This document shows positions 46,747-55,341 of a stretch of 64,000 bases of DNA, one piece after another. How positions within the stretch are numbered: position 1 is the first letter of the stretch; every line of letters starts with the position of its first letter. Location of the stretch: contig CAVQHI010000002.1 of the NCBI GenBank assembly GCA_963712305.1, positions 1,488,885 to 1,552,884 of the forward strand, in the 5' to 3' direction. Origin of the DNA: an uncultured bacterium (lineage in GTDB: Bacteria; Bacteroidota; Rhodothermia; Balneolales; DATFMH01). Both the position numbers and the translations under genes were made by a program. Under the pieces are notes generated by a model. The model had not been told where the DNA came from and ran no database searches. It saw only the letters and a program-made list of their open reading frames with translations.

Positions 46747-47817
46747 TTGGAAGAGAATTCACATTCACTGGAATCGCTGCTCGGAGATGAGTCATTTCAT
46801 CGCTGGGTACTTAATAAGTCAAATAAAGAGGAAGCCGAATATTGGAAGCAATGGATCCGGGCTTCTTTGGAAAACAGAGTTTTAGCTGATAAGGCCAGCA
46901 AGGTTCTGCTGGATCTAAAAATTGTTTCAAAGTATCAGCCCGATGCGGTGAAGCAGTTGAAGAAGCTCAATCAAAGGATTAACGACGATCATTCATCATC
47001 TTTGATGTTCCCTTTTGAAAGCAGACGTAAAAACAAGATTTGGAAGACTGCATTTCGTTATGCAGCTGTTATCCTGATCGCTGCGCTTTCCGGGTATGGC
47101 TATTGGCTATATCAGGGCCGAAGTCACACAAAGGATGAAAAAGTGGCAATGCTGGAGGTCAATACGAAGTATGGAGAACAGAAGGTTCTGAAGCTGTCTG
47201 ATGGTTCTCAGATCTATCTCGCTCCAAATTCCCATTTAAGATATGCCTCCAACTGGTTGAAGCAGCCAGTCAGGAAGTTGCATCTGGATGGTGAAGCTTA
47301 TTTCAATATCGTCGGGACACGCCAGCCGGTAAAAGCTGAGTATGAAATACAAACAGACGCTGGCATCATTCGCGATTTAGGAACACAGTTCAACGTTTCA
47401 ACTTTTAATAACCGAACTTCGGTAGTCCTGAGAAAGGGACTTGTGACAGTAAAAGCAAAGAAAAGTAAGGAGAGCGAAGAAGTTAAACTGCAACCCGGTC
47501 AGATGGCTTCGATCCGCGGCAACGATACCAGGGTAAATATCACCAGTGTGAATCCGGAAGTCTACACTTCATGGACGACCAACCTCCTGGTATTTGATCA
47601 TACACCGTTGAACAGCTTCATACAGATGCTCAAAGATCTCTACGGTGTCGATGTGGTCGTTAAAGAACCATCTCTTCTGAATAAAGAACTGACCGGTGAT
47701 ATTGAAAAACAAAGCCTCAGCACCATACTGACGGCGGTTTCCAGGGTTTTAAATTTAAATGTGTACCAACGGGGACAAACGGTATTTATCGATAGTAAGG
47801 TCCTCGAAAAGAACTAA
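46747..47817 (+). CDS. FecR-family anti-sigma factor / transmembrane sensor
   Basis: TTG start. N-terminal LLGDESFHRWVL...EYWKQWI, single TM (AAVILIAALSGYGYWLY), FecR domain (LSDGSQIYLAPNSHLRY...LDGEAYFNI), C-terminal DUF4974-like segment. Confidence 0.85.
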   Translation: MEENSHSLESLLGDESFHRWVLNKSNKEEAEYWKQWIRASLENRVLADKASKVLLDLKIVSKYQPDAVKQLKKLNQRINDDHSSSLMFPFESRRKNKIWKTAFRYAAVILIAALSGYGYWLYQGRSHTKDEKVAMLEVNTKYGEQKVLKLSDGSQIYLAPNSHLRYASNWLKQPVRKLHLDGEAYFNIVGTRQPVKAEYEIQTDAGIIRDLGTQFNVSTFNNRTSVVLRKGLVTVKAKKSKESEEVKLQPGQMASIRGNDTRVNITSVNPEVYTSWTTNLLVFDHTPLNSFIQMLKDLYGVDVVVKEPSLLNKELTGDIEKQSLSTILTAVSRVLNLNVYQRGQTVFIDSKVLEKN

Positions 47818-47831
47818 TAAGGAGTAATCAT

Positions 47832-50800
47832 ATGAACAGGAGTAAGCTACTGTTTCCAGGGATTTTCCTGTTGAATTTTATGATTGTCGGGGGAGCTTTA
47901 GCGGCTGTCCCGCAATCAACACAAAATGCAAATCATGAAGAATTGACCTCGATCTACCGACCCACGATTAAGAAGAGTGTATATGTTCATGATTTGTCGA
48001 TACAACAGGCACTAAATATCATACAGGATAATTACCACGTCATTTTTCTCCATGAAAGCGGGTTACTGGACGGGAAAACAGTAAAGTACGAAGAAGCACT
48101 TCCTAATGATCCTTTTATGGCTATAAAAGCGATTTTATCAGGTTATAATCTGCAGGTTGACCGGCTTAATGATCATTCGTTTGTTATCTATCCAGAGACG
48201 GCGGAAAAGAAAGTGGAAGCCTCGCCGGTAGATGCCGCCATACAGCAGGCCATAAGCGGTAAGGTAACTGATGCTTCAACCGGTGAATCTTTGCCTGGTG
48301 TCAACATTATCGTCCCGGGCACGAGTATTGGTACAGCTACTGATGCCAACGGTCAATACACCCTTGATGCACCCGAATCGGCTGATAGTCTCATGTTTTC
48401 CTATATCGGATACGCTACTCAAACAGTTGCCATTAACGGCCGGTCAACGATTAATATCACACTCTCTCCGACCACCCTGAAATCCAGCCAGGTTGTGGTA
48501 GTTGGTTACGGTACCCAGAGAAAGAAAGATTTGACCGGATCGATTTCGCAGGTCAGCGGATCGGACATTGCGAAAATACCAACAACTGATGTAAACAACG
48601 CTTTGCAGGGAAAATTGGCCGGTGTTCAGGTTACTCCTAATTCGGGTCAGCCCGGGGCAAGCGCAACGGTCAGAATCCGCGGGGTTGGAACATTGAATAA
48701 TGCTTCGCCTATTTATGTGGTTGATGGGATGATTACAGATGATATTTCGTACCTCAATCCTGATAACATTGAATCGATGGAGGTTCTGAAAGATGCCTCT
48801 GCCACGGCTATTTACGGTTCTCGCGGTGCGAATGGTGTGATCATAATTACTACGAAGCATGGCAGCCGAAACCAGGGAGCCCAATATAGTTTCAACGCCT
48901 ATTATGGCTGGCAGGAAATTCAACATAAGATTGGCCTGGCAAACGGTGAGCAATATGCCACGTTAGTTAATGAATTAAATGCCAATGAAGGCCGGGGACC
49001 TGCGTTCCAAAATCCGTCACAATTTGGTAATGGAACAGACTGGCAGAATTTGGTATACAATACCGCTCCAATGATGAATTATGATATGTCGGTGAACGGC
49101 GGCACCACACACATGACCTATAATGTCAGCGGCAGCTATATAAAACAGAAAGGAATAATCGATGGGAGTAATTACGAACGTATGTCACTTCGTGTAAACA
49201 ATACCTATTTCCTTTCTGATTTTGTTCATATTGCACACAACATATCGTTTACGCACAGCTATCAGCAAGATGCTGCCAACGGGGTGATTGGAGATGCCTA
49301 TCGCGCAGATCCGACAAAATCAGCTTATGACTCGAATGGTGATTTCAGTAACATTACAGCTCTTGCTCCGGTTGGAAACCCATTGGCTGCAATATACTAC
49401 TTGCATAATCGCCACTATGCGGATCGACTTGTTGGAAATGTATATGCTGACTTTAATTTTCTGAAAAGTTTCGAATTCAAATCCAGTTTTGGATTGGATG
49501 CCTGGTGGAAAGACAATAAAAACTTCACTCCCCAGTATATCGTATCGCCGATCCAGCAGAGCCAGTACAGTACACTTTCGGTTGGAAATGACCAGTCGAG
49601 AAACTGGCTGTGGGAAAATACGTTGCATTATCGTGCCACATATGGTGAAAGCAATATTACAGCGTTGGCTGGTGTGACTTTCCAGGGATTCAAAGATGAA
49701 ACCCTGACTGGAAGTCGTAACAATATCGCTGCAAACGGATATGATCCGGCTCTTTGGTATTTGCAGGCCGGTGATCAGACCACTGCCGGTAACGGCAACA
49801 CAGCTTATGACTGGAGCATGCTGTCGTATCTTTTCCGTGTAAATTATTCCCTCATGGATCGTTATCTGTTGACGGCCACTTATCGTATTGATGGATCTTC
49901 CCGTTTCGGTAAGAATAACCAGTATGGTCATTTCCCATCGATAGCTGCCGGCTGGCGTATTTCTGAAGAGCCATTCATGAGAGATATCTCGTTTATAAAT
50001 AATCTGAAGCTGCGTGCCAGTTGGGGAAAGATCGGTAATGATAAAATCAGCGCCTATCCTGGTATTCCGACCATCACTACAAATCTGAATTATCCCCTGG
50101 GACCGGGTGAGACCCTGAATTCAGGGGCAACCATTGTAGCTCTTGCAAATCCAAATGTCAGATGGGAAGAAACCGATCAGACTGATATAGGGCTTGAGTC
50201 AGATTTTCTTGACAGTAGATTGTCATTTGAAGTGGATTATTACAATCGTAAGACCAAGGGAATCCTTGTTGAGGCGCCAATTCCTTCATATGTCGGTGCC
50301 AGCAATAATCCAGTTGTAAACGCTGCAGAAGTGACGAATAAGGGTTTTGATTTCAATGCGAAATGGAATGATCTGATTGGCGACCTGAGCTATAACATCG
50401 GCCTGGTGGCTTCTACTGTTCACAATGAAGTTAACAGTATCGGACAGGGACGCGACGCCATCTTCAGTGGTGGAACCGGTGAAGGTGGGAAACTGGCAAC
50501 CAGGACGGCCCCCGGTCATCCTATCGGAGCTTTTTATGGCTACAATGTGATTGGCGTATTCCAAAACCAGAGTCAGCTGGATAACAACGCACAGTATGGA
50601 ACCGAACAGCCAGGTGACCTGATGTATCAGGATCTTAATGGCGATGGTGTGATTACGGACCAGGACAGGATGTATCTTGGCTCGCCTATTCCAAGCTTCA
50701 TCTTTGGAGCTAACCTTGGTGCAAGATATAAAGGTGTTGACCTGTCAGTGAGCATAAGTGGCCAAACGGGTAACAAGATCTACAATGCAAAGAAAACAGC

Positions 50801-51173
50801 TCGATTTGGAACACCCAATTTTGAGACATCGTACCTGAACCGCTGGCATGGAGAAGGAACCAGTAACTGGGAACCCAGAGTTACGAATGGTGGTGTCGAT
50901 TATCTCGTATCCAATCGTTTCCTCGAAGACGGATCTTACCTGAAGATCCAGAATATCCAGTTGGGTTATACGCTGCCATCACGCTTCATGAATCAGGCCT
51001 ATCTGAAAAGGGTTCGTATTTATGTCAGTGGGACGAACCTGGTAACATTCACAAAATACAGTGGATACACGCCTGAAATCCCAAGCCAGAGCAGTGTTCT
51101 TAGCAATAGCATCGACACAGGAATATACCCGGTTGCCCGGACATTCACGGTTGGTGTAAATGTTGATTTCTAA
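47832..51173 (+). CDS. SusC-like TonB-dependent transporter with N-terminal STN signalling domain
   Basis: 1113 aa. STN domain (LSIQQALNIIQDNYHVIFLHESGLLDGKTV...ILSGYNLQVDRLNDHSFVIY). Carboxypeptidase-regulatory-like domain (ISGKVTDASTGESLPGVNIIVPGTSIGTATDANGQYTL). Plug (VVVGYGTQRKKDLTGS), then a barrel ending VNVDF. Confidence 0.93.
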   Translation: MNRSKLLFPGIFLLNFMIVGGALAAVPQSTQNANHEELTSIYRPTIKKSVYVHDLSIQQALNIIQDNYHVIFLHESGLLDGKTVKYEEALPNDPFMAIKAILSGYNLQVDRLNDHSFVIYPETAEKKVEASPVDAAIQQAISGKVTDASTGESLPGVNIIVPGTSIGTATDANGQYTLDAPESADSLMFSYIGYATQTVAINGRSTINITLSPTTLKSSQVVVVGYGTQRKKDLTGSISQVSGSDIAKIPTTDVNNALQGKLAGVQVTPNSGQPGASATVRIRGVGTLNNASPIYVVDGMITDDISYLNPDNIESMEVLKDASATAIYGSRGANGVIIITTKHGSRNQGAQYSFNAYYGWQEIQHKIGLANGEQYATLVNELNANEGRGPAFQNPSQFGNGTDWQNLVYNTAPMMNYDMSVNGGTTHMTYNVSGSYIKQKGIIDGSNYERMSLRVNNTYFLSDFVHIAHNISFTHSYQQDAANGVIGDAYRADPTKSAYDSNGDFSNITALAPVGNPLAAIYYLHNRHYADRLVGNVYADFNFLKSFEFKSSFGLDAWWKDNKNFTPQYIVSPIQQSQYSTLSVGNDQSRNWLWENTLHYRATYGESNITALAGVTFQGFKDETLTGSRNNIAANGYDPALWYLQAGDQTTAGNGNTAYDWSMLSYLFRVNYSLMDRYLLTATYRIDGSSRFGKNNQYGHFPSIAAGWRISEEPFMRDISFINNLKLRASWGKIGNDKISAYPGIPTITTNLNYPLGPGETLNSGATIVALANPNVRWEETDQTDIGLESDFLDSRLSFEVDYYNRKTKGILVEAPIPSYVGASNNPVVNAAEVTNKGFDFNAKWNDLIGDLSYNIGLVASTVHNEVNSIGQGRDAIFSGGTGEGGKLATRTAPGHPIGAFYGYNVIGVFQNQSQLDNNAQYGTEQPGDLMYQDLNGDGVITDQDRMYLGSPIPSFIFGANLGARYKGVDLSVSISGQTGNKIYNAKKTARFGTPNFETSYLNRWHGEGTSNWEPRVTNGGVDYLVSNRFLEDGSYLKIQNIQLGYTLPSRFMNQAYLKRVRIYVSGTNLVTFTKYSGYTPEIPSQSSVLSNSIDTGIYPVARTFTVGVNVDF

Positions 51174-51214
51174 AACACAGCGGGAAAACAGGAATTTTTA
51201 AAAGTATAGATACT

Positions 51215-53098
51215 ATGAAGATGATAACCTCAAAAAAACAAACGATTGCCGGCCTGACAGTGGCAGTACTAGCGATAGTGCTGGTTTCAGGCTGTAATAA
51301 TTTTTTGAATAAGAAGCCGCTGGGTCAACAGACATCGGAAACCTTTTTCCAAAACCAGCAGGACGCGATTGATGCAACCAATGCTACCTATCAAATTCTG
51401 CAAACATGGCAGGTTCACGTATTTTCATGGCTTGGTCTGACCGATATCATATCGGACGATGCCGATAAAGGAAGCACGCCAACAGATGCATCATTTCTGC
51501 TGGACTTGGATAACCTGCAATATGATCCGGGAAATCTTGCTTTCTCAGATCCATGGGGCGGTTACTACAAGGGAATTTTCCGGGCTAATCAGGCCATAGC
51601 CAATATCCCGAATATCAAAAATATGGACGCAAATTTGAAAGCGCGTCTTATCGGGGAAAACAAGTTTCTGAGGGCCTACTTCTATTTCTTCCTGGTACGT
51701 GGCTGGCAGAAAATACCGTTGATCACCAAGCCTCTCTTACCCTCCGAGTATTATAATCAGGCAAACTCAACCCCCGACTCAGTGTATAACCAGATTATCA
51801 GTGATTTAACGGATGCGGCTCAGTCACTTCCGCTTAAATCGCAATATGCTTCGTCTGATCTGGGGCGTGCAACAAAAGGTGCAGCAGAAGGGATGCTCGC
51901 TAAAGTATATCTGTATCACAAAGACTATGCGAATGCACTCAAATATGCCGAGATGGTTATCAATTCCGGGGAGTATGCGCTTGATCCGAATTATTCGAAT
52001 ATATTCACTCAGGCTGGGGAAAATTCCTCAGAGAACATTTTCTCAGTTCAAAATACAGCAACTGAGACTGGTCAGGGCGGCAGCCAGTACAACCAGGTTC
52101 AAGGTGTTCGCGGCAATCCAAATCTTGGCTGGGGTTTCAATAATCCGTCTCAAGACCTGATTGCTTCTTATAGCCAGGGCGATCCACGTCAGGAATCGAC
52201 GGTCCTGTTCGTTTGGGAAGCTCTACCCGATGGATCCGGTTTGGCCGTACATGATAATCCCAACATGAACAATGAGGACTACAATCAAAAAGCATTCGTT
52301 CCTCTGGATCATTTGGGAGGACAAGGTGATGGCCCCGGTAATATTCGTATCCTTCGCTATTCAGACGTATTGCTGATTGCTTCTGAAGCTGCCTACCAAA
52401 CAGGTGATGCTACCACAGCACAGAAATATCTGAACATGGTCCGTGAGCGTGCTCGTGGTGGCGTTACAGCTACAATTGGTGCCGCAACAGAAGGTGTCGC
52501 ACCGGTCATTGCTGATACACTGAATATGCCGAATCTCAGTGGCATGCCGTTCATCCGTTACGCCTGGGCTAACAGTCCTGCGGCTAATGCAGGATTGAAA
52601 AACTTCTCCTACTCGCTGCAGAACAACAGCAGCCTGATTGTCGTCGACACGATGGATGTCATTCAGAGTGTCAATGGAACGGCAGTGAGCAGTGAGGCTG
52701 ATTTCATGAATGCGATGAAGGGAATTTCTCCTGGTCAGAATGTAACTCTGACTGTACAGCGCATCATGCAAACCTACGATGGTCAGTCACAAACCAATAC
52801 AACTACTACGCAGGCTGTGGTGGCAAATATGACAGCTGAGGCACTGCTTCCTGATGTGACTGCCACGGGAACAGATCTGTTGCACGCTATCTGGCATGAG
52901 CGTCGCTCTGAACTGGCAATGGAACAGCATCGCTGGTTTGACCTACTGCGCGAAAACAGCGTTGAGCCGGGATGGGCACAAGCTCAAATGGCCAAAGACG
53001 GAAAGACCTTCACGGATAAGAATACCGTCTTCCCAATCCCGCAAACCGAAATTGATCTGAGCAACGGAACGCTTAAACAAAACACGCCTCCGTGGTGA
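51215..53098 (+). CDS. SusD/RagB-family lipoprotein carrying a ~120-aa PDZ-like insertion
   Basis: 627 aa. Lipobox LVSGC. SusD core (ENKFLRAYFYFFLVRGW; HERRSELAMEQHRWFDLLRE). Relative to the other SusD in the window, an extra segment lies between VRERARGG and DLLHAIWHERR. Confidence 0.88.
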   Translation: MKMITSKKQTIAGLTVAVLAIVLVSGCNNFLNKKPLGQQTSETFFQNQQDAIDATNATYQILQTWQVHVFSWLGLTDIISDDADKGSTPTDASFLLDLDNLQYDPGNLAFSDPWGGYYKGIFRANQAIANIPNIKNMDANLKARLIGENKFLRAYFYFFLVRGWQKIPLITKPLLPSEYYNQANSTPDSVYNQIISDLTDAAQSLPLKSQYASSDLGRATKGAAEGMLAKVYLYHKDYANALKYAEMVINSGEYALDPNYSNIFTQAGENSSENIFSVQNTATETGQGGSQYNQVQGVRGNPNLGWGFNNPSQDLIASYSQGDPRQESTVLFVWEALPDGSGLAVHDNPNMNNEDYNQKAFVPLDHLGGQGDGPGNIRILRYSDVLLIASEAAYQTGDATTAQKYLNMVRERARGGVTATIGAATEGVAPVIADTLNMPNLSGMPFIRYAWANSPAANAGLKNFSYSLQNNSSLIVVDTMDVIQSVNGTAVSSEADFMNAMKGISPGQNVTLTVQRIMQTYDGQSQTNTTTTQAVVANMTAEALLPDVTATGTDLLHAIWHERRSELAMEQHRWFDLLRENSVEPGWAQAQMAKDGKTFTDKNTVFPIPQTEIDLSNGTLKQNTPPW

Positions 53099-53119
53099 TG
53101 CTCCGCAAAGTGACATAAA

Positions 53120-53160
53120 AAGTAAGGGATGTCTGGTTCAGGCATCCCTTACTTTTAATT
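53120..53160 (+). terminator. Rho-independent terminator after SusD
   Basis: Perfect 12-bp stem AAGTAAGGGATG / CATCCCTTACTT with an 11-nt loop, running into TTTTAATT. Confidence 0.7.
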
Positions 53161-53258
53161 ATGAATTTTAAGTTTTGAATTTTGAATTGATTTATGTAAA
53201 AAGAGGCGAAATATTAAAAAACAATAGCTTTTGCATTCTGACACTAATACAGTAAGCC

Positions 53259-55040
53259 TTGCCCAACTATCAACGATCCACTAACAACAAACGACTGACT
53301 ATTCAGATAATCATGGTTGGGTGGTTTGCATTTGTAAACCCTGTATCAGCACAGTCGACGAAACGTCTCACGTACTGCAACCCGGTTGACATCAACTATC
53401 AGTACCAGTATCTCCATCAGGATAAAGGTATATCGTACCGTTCGGGTGCCGACCCGGTGATAGAGAATTATAAAGGCGATTACTACCTGTTTGCAACGAA
53501 TTCCAATGGGTGGTGGCATTCGAAAGATTTGGTGAACTGGAACTACGTCGTACCAACGCTTTGGCCAAAGGAACACGTCAATGCACCGGCCGTCAGGGTC
53601 GTAGACGACACTCTCTTCATGATACAATCGGGACGCGCTCCTCTGTTTTACAGCACTGATCCCGCAAGCGGGAAGCTTCACTATTACAACCGGATGATGC
53701 CGAAAATTCCCGGCAAGGCACCACAGGTCGATCCTGATATTTTTTACGACAGCAACTCTGGAAAGTGGTTTATGTATTACGGCTCATCTAATTATTATCC
53801 GCTCTATGCCATTCAGCTCAATTACAATAAAAAGCTGGCATACGAGGGAGATCCGATACCACTGCTCCGGCTTCATCCAAAAGAACATGGCTGGGAGCGA
53901 TTCGGTTATGATCATCGTGATACCACCATCACTCCATTTATTGAAGGCGCATGGATGACCAAACATGATGGCAAATACTACCTTCAGTATGCCGCACCCG
54001 GCACGGAATTCAATGTTTATGGAAATGGTACCTATATCGGCAATAGTCCGACCGGTCCCTTTACCTATGCGCCGAATAACCCGGTTTCATATAAACCTGG
54101 TGGATTTGTTACAGGCACGGGTCACGGTAACACATTCAGAGACAATTATGGCAATTACTGGAATACGGGAACCTGCTGGATAGGAGTAAACTGGAATTTC
54201 GAGCGGCGGATCGTGATGTTTCCATCCAAATTCGACAAGGACGGAGAATACCATGCGGATACGAGATTTGGTGATTTCCCACATTATTTCCCGGATCACA
54301 AATGGAATAACGGCGCATCGCTATTTACCGGGTGGATGCTGCTGTCCTATAAGAAACCGGTCACAGCATCATCTACAGCGGACACATTTCTTGTCGCCAA
54401 TGTTACAGATGAAAATCCACGAACGTTCTGGGTGGCAAAGACCAATCACGAGGGAGAAGGACTGACGGTTGATCTTCAACATGCAGACAGTGTAAAAGCT
54501 GTCCAGGTTAATTACAGCGATTATAAATCCAATATTTATCACAGCACTGATTCTGTCCATACGCAGATTCGACTTTACGCATCGACGGATGACCAGCACT
54601 GGACCAAGATAGCCGATCTGACGGATCAGAAGAAAGATCGACCCAACGCTTACATCCCGCTCGATACGCCGGTAAAGGCCCGTTACATTAAATTTGAAAA
54701 TGTCTATGTAGCTTCACTCCATCTGGCGATCAGCGATATCAGGATATTCGGAAACAGCGATGAGCCCAATCCCGGGACGCCCGGTGATTTTACGGTTAAG
54801 CGTGAGAATGATCAGCGAAATGCTAAGGTTAGATGGAATAACGTGCCGGGGGCTGTCGGGTACAATATTCTATGGGGCATCAAAAAAGATAAGCTATACG
54901 AAACGTACCAGATCTTTGCTGATCAGGGAAATTCGAAAGAAATTCGGTCACTGGATACCGGTCAGGCTTACTGGTTTGCCATCGAAGCTTTTAACGAACA
55001 CGGCGTATCAAAACGGAGCAAAGCCATTCATGTTGAATGA
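53259..55040 (+). CDS. GH43-like five-bladed propeller hydrolase with F5/8 type C (discoidin/CBM32-like) and Fn3 domains
   Basis: The TTG start gives the signal peptide NNKRLTIQIIMVGWFAFVNPVSAQ. Propeller motifs SGADPVI, VDPDIF, FIEGAWM. Discoidin-like block VTASSTADTFLVANVTDENPRTFWVAK...AVQVNY. C-terminal Fn3 (PGDFTVKRE...VRWNNVPGAVGYNILWG). Confidence 0.78.
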   Translation: MPNYQRSTNNKRLTIQIIMVGWFAFVNPVSAQSTKRLTYCNPVDINYQYQYLHQDKGISYRSGADPVIENYKGDYYLFATNSNGWWHSKDLVNWNYVVPTLWPKEHVNAPAVRVVDDTLFMIQSGRAPLFYSTDPASGKLHYYNRMMPKIPGKAPQVDPDIFYDSNSGKWFMYYGSSNYYPLYAIQLNYNKKLAYEGDPIPLLRLHPKEHGWERFGYDHRDTTITPFIEGAWMTKHDGKYYLQYAAPGTEFNVYGNGTYIGNSPTGPFTYAPNNPVSYKPGGFVTGTGHGNTFRDNYGNYWNTGTCWIGVNWNFERRIVMFPSKFDKDGEYHADTRFGDFPHYFPDHKWNNGASLFTGWMLLSYKKPVTASSTADTFLVANVTDENPRTFWVAKTNHEGEGLTVDLQHADSVKAVQVNYSDYKSNIYHSTDSVHTQIRLYASTDDQHWTKIADLTDQKKDRPNAYIPLDTPVKARYIKFENVYVASLHLAISDIRIFGNSDEPNPGTPGDFTVKRENDQRNAKVRWNNVPGAVGYNILWGIKKDKLYETYQIFADQGNSKEIRSLDTGQAYWFAIEAFNEHGVSKRSKAIHVE

Positions 55041-55046
55041 AAATCT

Positions 55047-55075
55047 CCTCCCTCGAGGGAGGACTAAGGTGGGTG
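55047..55075 (-). repeat. Family B hairpin repeat (copy 3, reverse orientation)
   Basis: CCTCCCTCGAGGGAGGACTAAGGTGGGTG is the reverse complement of CACCCACCTTAGTCCTCCCTCGAGGGAGG. The 16-nt perfect palindrome starts 7 nt after the TGA at 55038-55040. Confidence 0.9.
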
Positions 55076-55341
55076 TGACCGCACGTCTCATCCTACAAAG
55101 AGTGAATTCTTTCCCTCGTTACGCTGCTCATATGCGTGATGTCACCCGCGGTGCTCTCCTCCGGGAGAAAGAGGCAGCAGAGCGGCCTTCGTTTCGTTGC
55201 GCAGCAGAGCACCGCAACGAGGGAAGGTGGATGTTTAACCGATCGTTGCAATCAGGAGCGATTGGTTTCAGTATAATCGTTGTGGTAACACCCCTGTGGC
55301 CCTCTCAAGGGACATAAGTGTAATGGTAGTTCAGATTTCTC

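Noticed and set aside
46536-46790. 84-aa ORF between the sigma and anti-sigma genes
   Set aside because: It is an AT-rich, Lys/Phe/Ile-rich translation of a spacer and overlaps the FecR start region. It has no features of a real protein.
49320-49931. 203-aa antisense ORF inside the SusC gene. Similar antisense ORFs include 13062..13544, 20675..21157, 21278..21751, 48444..48953 and 60205..60675.
   Set aside because: They are shadow ORFs on the opposite strand of strongly supported coding regions. They have no motifs and low-complexity or odd composition.
54760-55317. 185-aa ORF overlapping the 3' end of the GH43-discoidin gene
   Set aside because: The first 280 nt are an alternative frame of a well-supported Fn3 coding region. 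The remainder is the translated repeat block 55041-55317.
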